Origin: Acidobacteriota bacterium | GTDB lineage: Bacteria > Acidobacteriota > UBA6911 > RPQK01 > JAJDTT01 | Reading direction: 5' to 3' | Assembly (NCBI GenBank): GCA_965263035.1 | Contig: OZ253580.1 | Coordinates: 4,064,001 to 4,128,000 of the forward strand | Length of the DNA: 64,000 nt | The notes under the pieces: generated by a model | Databases searched by the model: none | Told to the model about the DNA's origin: nothing | What the model saw: the letters and a program-made list of their open reading frames with translations, nothing else | Shown: piece by piece, positions 58,104-64,000 of the stretch | Layout of the letters: every line of letters starts with the position of its first letter | How positions within the stretch are numbered: position 1 is the stretch's first letter | Made by a program: the position numbers and the translations under genes

Positions 58104-59174
58104 GTGTCTCCAATGAGCCAACGCGTTCGTTTCGGCATGCTCGGGACGGGCAACTTCTCGCCCTTCCTGGCCCAGTACATCAATGAAGTGGCGGAGGTGG
58201 TTGCCATCTGCGATCCCAGTCCGGAAGCCAGAGCCCGTTTCATGGAGATGACGGGCCGGGACGTTCTCCAGTTCGAAGACTACCGGCGGCTGCTGGAGGA
58301 GGCGGAGATCGATGCGGTGGCCCTGACGGGACCGAATCACACCCACAAGCCGATGGCGGTGGCCGCCGCCGGATTCGGCAGGCACGTGTTCTGTGAGAAG
58401 GCCATGGCGCCCACGGTGCCGGATTGCTGGGAAATGGTGCGTGCCTGCGAGAGTGCCGGGGTTCGCCTGATGGTCGGGCACAAGCGCCGGCTTCGACCTC
58501 CCTGGGCCCGGATGATCCAGCTTCGGGAACTGTTGGGACCGGTCCACGCCATGTCCACCATCGGCTACTTCGACGCGCGTCAAGATGGCTTTCGGGGATG
58601 GTGGACCCGGCAGGCCGAGAGCGGAGGCGTGCTGGCCTGCTCGGGGGTCCACGAGCTCGACTGGATGCGCGCCATGTGCGGCGACGTGGTGGCGGTGAGC
58701 GCCGTCTGCGGACCTGGGATAGACTCTCGCTATGACTTCTCCGACTCGATCCATGTCCTGCTTCGCTTCAGCACGGGAGCGACCGGCTTTCTGGGGGTGT
58801 CTCTGTCCTATCCCCTGACCCGGTACCGGCAGGTCTACGGCGCCGACGCCGTCTGCAGCCGGGGAGGCATGCGGTTGGTCACCTCATTTCAGCACGTCGA
58901 CCTCTACTGGAAGCTGCTGACGGAATCCGACGAGCATCATGAACGATTCGAGGAACCCGGCGGGAACCCGGTCGGCGCCGAGGAGGCCCTGCGGAAGGAG
59001 ACCCGGGAATTCGTCCGCTGGATCACCGACGGGACCGACCCCTGTCTGACTTGGCGGGAGGGGCTCCGCTGCGTGGAGCTGATCGAAGCCGCAAACCGGT
59101 CCCAGGCCAGGCAGGGGGAGTGGGTCCAGCTTCCGCTCTACCCGGAGCTGGAAGCGAAAAACGTCGGGTCTTGA
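58104..59174 (+). CDS. Gfo/Idh/MocA family oxidoreductase
   Basis: GMLGTG, IDAVALTGPNHTH, HVFCEKAMA, GVHELD. Confidence 0.92.
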   Translation: MSPMSQRVRFGMLGTGNFSPFLAQYINEVAEVVAICDPSPEARARFMEMTGRDVLQFEDYRRLLEEAEIDAVALTGPNHTHKPMAVAAAGFGRHVFCEKAMAPTVPDCWEMVRACESAGVRLMVGHKRRLRPPWARMIQLRELLGPVHAMSTIGYFDARQDGFRGWWTRQAESGGVLACSGVHELDWMRAMCGDVVAVSAVCGPGIDSRYDFSDSIHVLLRFSTGATGFLGVSLSYPLTRYRQVYGADAVCSRGGMRLVTSFQHVDLYWKLLTESDEHHERFEEPGGNPVGAEEALRKETREFVRWITDGTDPCLTWREGLRCVELIEAANRSQARQGEWVQLPLYPELEAKNVGS

Positions 59175-59181
59175 CGGTGTA

Positions 59182-59230
59182 TTTACTATTGATAGAGAAT
59201 TTTAGCTCATTTTTATCTATCAATAGTAAA
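59182..59230. promoter_or_regulatory. AT-rich perfect 15-bp inverted repeat (operator- or terminator-like)
   Basis: TTTACTATTGATAGA-N19-TCTATCAATAGTAAA, next to TTGACG at 59171. Confidence 0.6.
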
Positions 59231-59334
59231 ATGTTGTCGTTTGGGGCAAATCTGGAGCGACGGATTTGCAGCGGCCGCTTTCGAGCCGCCGAACTCACGC
59301 GACCGCATCGGAGCATAAGAGTCTGGCCCGCGTG

Positions 59335-61086
59335 ATGAGAAAAACAGGGGATCGAGCTCGTCTGGCTCTGGTCTGCCTTTCGCTGTTGTTGGCGGCGCTC
59401 GAGGGGACTGGGTCGAAGCCCTCGGCAGCCGGCGGCGAAGCGGCGATTCTGGACTTGGCGCCCGTCGTGTTCGAAGAACTGGGCGCCGCCTCGGGCGTCG
59501 ACTTCGTACTGCGCAACTCCGCCACTCCCCGCAAGTACCAGATCGAACCCATGATCGCGGGGGTCGCTCTCTTCGACTACGACAACGACGGTTACCTGGA
59601 CATCTACCTGGTCAACGGCGCGGAGATTCCGGCGCTCGAAAAGACGGGGCCCCGGTACTTCAACCGCCTCTACCGGAACCAGGGGAACGGGACCTTCCGC
59701 GACGTGACGCTCGCGGCCGGTGTCCAGGGAAAGGGTTATTCCATGGCCGCGGGGGCCGCGGACTACGACAACGACGGCTGGCAGGATCTCTACGTGGCGG
59801 GGGTCAATCGGAACTCTTTGTACCGCAACAACGGCGACGGGACCTTCTCCGACGTGACGGCCAGGGCGGGCGTCGCCGGAATTCATCCCCGGTTCGGCAA
59901 GACCTGGGCGGTCGCGGCCGGGTGGTTCGACTACGACAATGACGGCTGGCTGGACCTCTTCGTCGCCAACTATGTGGCCTGGGGTTTCGACAAGGATCCC
60001 TTCTGCGGCTGGGAGCACACGCGAGTCCGCATCTACTGCCACCCGTCCTACTTCGAACCGCTTCCGAATTTCCTTTTCCGAAACCATGGAAACGGCACCT
60101 TCAGCGACGTGTCGGCCGAGTCCGGAATCGGCCGGCACCTGGGTAAAGGAATGGGAGTGGCGTTCGCCGATTACGACGACGACGGAGACCTGGATGTCTT
60201 CGTGGCCAACGACAAGGCGCGGAGCCTGTTGTTTCGGAACGACGGCAAGGGCGTATTTTCGGAGCAAGGCATTCCCGCGGGCGTCGCCTACAACGGCGAC
60301 GGCAGGATGCTCTCCTGCATGGGCGTGGATTTCCGGGACATCGACAACGACGGCCGGCCCGATCTCTTCATTACCGCGTTGACCAACGAGACCTTCCCCT
60401 ACTATCACAATGAAGGGGGCGGGATATTCGACGACTTCACCCGGCGCAGCGAGCTCGCCCGACTCAGCATCACCATGAGCGGATGGAGCAACGGGATCTA
60501 CGACCTGAACAACGACGGCTGGAAGGACCTGTTTTCGGCCAATTCCTACATCGAGGACATCGACCACATCATTACCAACTATCCCTACCGGCAGAGGAAC
60601 GCCGTCTTCGCCAACCGGGGCGGACGCTTCGTGGACCATTCCGGCGGCGCCGGGCCCGGCTTCCAGGCGGCGGGCGCCCACCGCGGCTGCGCCTTCGGAG
60701 ACTTGGACAACGACGGTCGGGTCGACGTCGTGGCCACCCGCTTTGACGAGCCGGCGAGAATCTTTCGCAACGTTTCGCCAAGGAAGCAACACTGGCTGCT
60801 GGTGGAGTTGGCGGGCACCCGGAGCAACCGGGACGGGATCGGGGCCAAGTTGGTCCTGGAGTCGGCCGGCGGTGTTCAGCACAATCACGTGACGACCAGC
60901 GTCGGATATGGCGGTTCCAGCGATCGCCGCGTCCACTTCGGCCTGGGACCGGACGAGACCGTCGAACGGCTCGAAATTCGGTGGCCGAGCGGAATTCGGC
61001 AGCAACTGATGGACGTCCCCGCCAATCAGGTGCTCCGGGTCGAGGAACCGGGACCGGCTACAGTACGCCCGAAGGCAGGGAACTAA
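59335..61086 (+). CDS. CRTAC1 family protein (FG-GAP/VCBS repeats + ASPIC/UnbV domain)
   Basis: Seven DxDNDG..D-type Ca-binding repeats; NRDGIGA, VHFGLG, IRWPSG (ASPIC-UnbV); signal peptide. Confidence 0.92.
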   Translation: MRKTGDRARLALVCLSLLLAALEGTGSKPSAAGGEAAILDLAPVVFEELGAASGVDFVLRNSATPRKYQIEPMIAGVALFDYDNDGYLDIYLVNGAEIPALEKTGPRYFNRLYRNQGNGTFRDVTLAAGVQGKGYSMAAGAADYDNDGWQDLYVAGVNRNSLYRNNGDGTFSDVTARAGVAGIHPRFGKTWAVAAGWFDYDNDGWLDLFVANYVAWGFDKDPFCGWEHTRVRIYCHPSYFEPLPNFLFRNHGNGTFSDVSAESGIGRHLGKGMGVAFADYDDDGDLDVFVANDKARSLLFRNDGKGVFSEQGIPAGVAYNGDGRMLSCMGVDFRDIDNDGRPDLFITALTNETFPYYHNEGGGIFDDFTRRSELARLSITMSGWSNGIYDLNNDGWKDLFSANSYIEDIDHIITNYPYRQRNAVFANRGGRFVDHSGGAGPGFQAAGAHRGCAFGDLDNDGRVDVVATRFDEPARIFRNVSPRKQHWLLVELAGTRSNRDGIGAKLVLESAGGVQHNHVTTSVGYGGSSDRRVHFGLGPDETVERLEIRWPSGIRQQLMDVPANQVLRVEEPGPATVRPKAGN

Positions 61087-61110
61087 CGGCCTGTGGCCGG
61101 GGTTGATCGC

Positions 61111-62172
61111 TTACTGCTGTTCCACGTAGACCGCGTTGCGGGCGTGTTCCTCAGCTTTTCCGGCGTCGCCCAGCGCCGTGTAGATTCGGGCCAGCAGATA
61201 GTGGATTCGATAGTCGGAGCGGTCCAGAGTCACGGCTCGGTCCGCTTCCCGCGCCGCTTCTGCAAAGCGCTTCATCTGGAAGAGAACCTTGGCGAGCTCG
61301 TAGTACGCTTCCGGATCCTGAGGGGCGAACCGGGTCACGGCTCTGAACTGCTCACAACTCTCGTCCGCTCGGTCCAACCCGGCGAGGAACAGCCCGAAAG
61401 CGATGTGAATCCCCTTGTCCGGAGGGGTCCGGAGGCGGTTTCTCTCGATGCCTTGGACGAACACCCTCACAGCCCGGGCGGATTCGCCCATCCGGGCCAG
61501 GGTTTGCGCCAAATGCGCATAGATCTCGACCACCTGCGGATTGAGTTTCAGAGCGTTCTCCAGCGCTTCTCTGGCCATGCCCAACTGGTGGGACAGAAAG
61601 TAGGAGCGTCCCAGCAGAAACCAGGTATTGGCATCCTCGTCGTCCAACTCCAGAGCGGTCCGGAAGGCGGAGAGGGCCTGGGGAAAATCCTCGACCGTGG
61701 CGTAGATCATCCCCAGCGCCGTATGGGCTCTGGCATATCGATTGTCCAGCGCAATGGCCTTTCGAGCGGACTCGATGGCCGGCTCGAATTTCCCTTGATT
61801 GAGCTGGACGCCGGCCAACAGGGTGTGGGCTTCCGGAGATTCCTGGTAGCGGAGGTGGGTTCGGAGGAATTCCTCGGCCAGCTCGGGCTGGCCCACCGCG
61901 TAGTAGATCGTTCCCAGCCTCAGCTGCGCTTTCGGGTAGTGGGGACTCGTCTCGGTGATCCGGCGGAAGAGCGGTTCCGCGGCCGGGAAGTTCCGCTTGC
62001 GAAACAGCCGTTCGGCTTCCTCGAACGGACCGTCTCCTGCCTCCGAAACCTGGGGTACGGCCGTTTTCCCACCTGGGAAATTAACAAGGGCCGGGGTTGC
62101 CGGCAGCAGTCCGGCGGGCGAGGCCAGCATCATGGCCAACGCCAACAGTCCAGCTTTATCGGGCCGATCCAT
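61111..62172 (-). CDS. Secreted tetratricopeptide repeat protein
   Basis: Signal-like N-terminus; multiple TPRs (AHTALGMIY, WFLLGRSYF, AYYELAKVLF, IHYLLARIY). Confidence 0.85.
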   Translation of the reverse strand: MDRPDKAGLLALAMMLASPAGLLPATPALVNFPGGKTAVPQVSEAGDGPFEEAERLFRKRNFPAAEPLFRRITETSPHYPKAQLRLGTIYYAVGQPELAEEFLRTHLRYQESPEAHTLLAGVQLNQGKFEPAIESARKAIALDNRYARAHTALGMIYATVEDFPQALSAFRTALELDDEDANTWFLLGRSYFLSHQLGMAREALENALKLNPQVVEIYAHLAQTLARMGESARAVRVFVQGIERNRLRTPPDKGIHIAFGLFLAGLDRADESCEQFRAVTRFAPQDPEAYYELAKVLFQMKRFAEAAREADRAVTLDRSDYRIHYLLARIYTALGDAGKAEEHARNAVYVEQQ

Positions 62173-62261
62173 TTCGCGGTTCCACCTGCTCGCCAAAACG
62201 GAAAGATGAATTCCGCCGGGCGTTCAATCGGTTGCCCGGGCCGTCGACGTCTCAGACCCGG

Positions 62262-63830
62262 TCAACGGGTCCGAAAGGGCTGGACCGTGAAGTCTTCGGC
62301 CAGTTGCAGTTGGTGTCCCGACAAGCGGTCTTCCACCTCCACCGCCACTCGATAGTCTCCGGATTCCAACCCCGCAAGACTGAGGGACTGTATGAAAACC
62401 ACCCTCTGATCGGAGGAATACTGGACCGACTGTCCCTCCGGATCCGGCCTCACCCTCAGGACTTCACCGTTCTTCAGGAGCCGGTAGGCCACGCCGAGAA
62501 GCGGCTTCATCGTCTCCTGATCAACATCGGCATTGTAGACCTGGAAATAAAGGCACAACGACTGCCGGGGTTCGAAGGTCTTGCGCAGGTTGGGCAACAC
62601 CTTCACGTCGCCGATGACGAACATCTCCTCCCGATTCGGGACGGCCTCCAGAACCTGAATGCCCCCCGAAAGGAGGAGCGAGCTGGCAGCCAGTTGTTCG
62701 GCCTTGTAGGGCGCCGGAATGATCGCCTTCCGGCGGACGCCCACCCGGCCCTCGTTCAGGTCCTTGACCACGAAATCCAGCTTGTATCTCTGTCTGCGTT
62801 GGAGAAGCAGGATTTTCTGGAAGTTGGATGTCCCCAGGAAACCGATTTCCAGCTGCTCGGGTGAGAATGACGTGATCAGATCGTGGTCGAACTCGGCCAC
62901 CACCCGGTTGCCGAGACTGGTCACGACCCCATACACGGCGACCCGGGCGACGTGGCGCCCGTTCTCCATCTTGAACGTCAGGTGACGGTTGTCGACCTGC
63001 AAGGTCACCGGAACCAGAATCTGGTCGGCATTGAGGGAGAATTGGTCCTCCCGCAGTTGAAAGGGAAGGTCCTCGAACTCGACGTTGACTCCTACGATCC
63101 TCTTGAGATCGTCGTACCTGATCTCCCGGGCGCCCTGAACAAACGCATAGGTCTTGTACCGGTAAAAGGGATCGCCACGCATCGAATCCATGAGCCGATA
63201 GTTGATCCCCAGCTCCTGCAACCGAGTCGCCCCTCCAGCCGTGGAGTACAAGAGAGCGTCCTTCTCGTCGGGGTTCACGGCCAACCGGTATTGCCCCGAA
63301 AGAGTCGAGTCGACGAACTCCAGGATGATGTCGTTGCCGAGGCCTTCGATATGCCGGTAACGCCAGACCTCAAACGGATAGACCGAGGTGGCTCCGCCGC
63401 CCTCGATCATGGGACGGTGATAGGTCGAACCCGAAGCATGGGATTGGATCTCCGCCGGCGGCCCGTGGAGGATATATATCTTTCCCCGATCACTCTTCCA
63501 ACCAGGATACCCGCTGCTGAAACGTTCATTGGAATAAGCGATTCTACGATAATGTTCCGCCTTGAACTCATTTTCGGAAGTCTTTCGGTCGGGGTCGCGG
63601 CGAGTCCAAAACTGTTCAATAAACCGCTCCTTCTCCTCAGCCGAGACCAGCTTCTCGAACACGGTCCGTTCTTCGTCCGCAATGATGTAAACGGCATCTT
63701 CACGAAGCCACTTCTGAAAATAGTCCACCGCCTCTTCATGCTTTGCCGCGGAACCATCGTTCTGGCCGAATCCCGGTTGTATCCCATGGAGAATGAAGAG
63801 AAAACAGAACAATACAAACAGAACCCGCAC
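62262..63830 (-). CDS. GWxTD domain-containing secreted protein (start uncertain)
   Basis: KWLREDAVYII, FIEQFWTRRDP, NEFKAEHYRRIAYSNERF, GWKSDRGKIYILHGPP; GTG 63830 gives a signal peptide. Confidence 0.88.
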   Translation of the reverse strand: MRVLFVLFCFLFILHGIQPGFGQNDGSAAKHEEAVDYFQKWLREDAVYIIADEERTVFEKLVSAEEKERFIEQFWTRRDPDRKTSENEFKAEHYRRIAYSNERFSSGYPGWKSDRGKIYILHGPPAEIQSHASGSTYHRPMIEGGGATSVYPFEVWRYRHIEGLGNDIILEFVDSTLSGQYRLAVNPDEKDALLYSTAGGATRLQELGINYRLMDSMRGDPFYRYKTYAFVQGAREIRYDDLKRIVGVNVEFEDLPFQLREDQFSLNADQILVPVTLQVDNRHLTFKMENGRHVARVAVYGVVTSLGNRVVAEFDHDLITSFSPEQLEIGFLGTSNFQKILLLQRRQRYKLDFVVKDLNEGRVGVRRKAIIPAPYKAEQLAASSLLLSGGIQVLEAVPNREEMFVIGDVKVLPNLRKTFEPRQSLCLYFQVYNADVDQETMKPLLGVAYRLLKNGEVLRVRPDPEGQSVQYSSDQRVVFIQSLSLAGLESGDYRVAVEVEDRLSGHQLQLAEDFTVQPFRTR

Positions 63831-64000
63831 GCTTACACGCGATTTATAAATATAAGCGTATTTCAAGAAGAACTCATAAGTCGGACCGGGCATAGGAGTT
63901 GTCTTCATTCCTTCTCCGTCCGCATGTCTCATCCCTGCCGAAGCGCAGACAAGCCGCCGTTCATTCTTCATTTAACTGTAGAATGAGGGTCCCAAGAGTC

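Overview
A GC-rich bacterial chromosome segment, most likely from an Acidobacteriota member. The taxon is inferred from GWxTD, CRTAC1/ASPIC-UnbV, Oar-like TonB-dependent receptor and PVC-type haem proteins. Bases 1-23.5 kb are core genome: rplT-pheS-pheT-zapB-zapA-6S RNA-rny-ymdB, uvrA, a beta-propeller gene-tgt-yajC-secD-secF, tonB-exbB-exbD-exbD-TPR lipoprotein, rel, rpmB, hbd-recA and tRNA-Gln(UUG). Bases 23.6-64 kb are accessory and mostly catabolic or envelope genes: a ZIP/DUF318 fusion permease, a frameshifted MetE-like gene, amidohydrolases, ATL, two convergent catabolic operons in which several enzymes have non-canonical active-site residues, cpdA, a DUF1080-propeller-HEAT-cytochrome c protein, NIPSNAP, a penicillin acylase, a TBDR-led uptake locus and a CRTAC1/TPR/GWxTD group. 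No transposase, integrase, CRISPR array, rRNA or phage gene was seen. The most notable observations are: (1) a ComEA-like helix-hairpin-helix insertion in SecF, next to a TonB/ExbB/2xExbD/TPR motor operon; (2) a 159-bp whole-length hairpin MITE in three copies, with CTAG target duplications at two of them, G-U-biased pairing and one insertion into a REP; (3) a second, diverged intergenic repeat family with purine-tract ends; (4) a 15-bp tandem repeat giving recA four in-frame ATG starts; (5) catalytic-residue substitutions across the catabolic cluster. All calls come from reading motifs by eye; no database searches were run.
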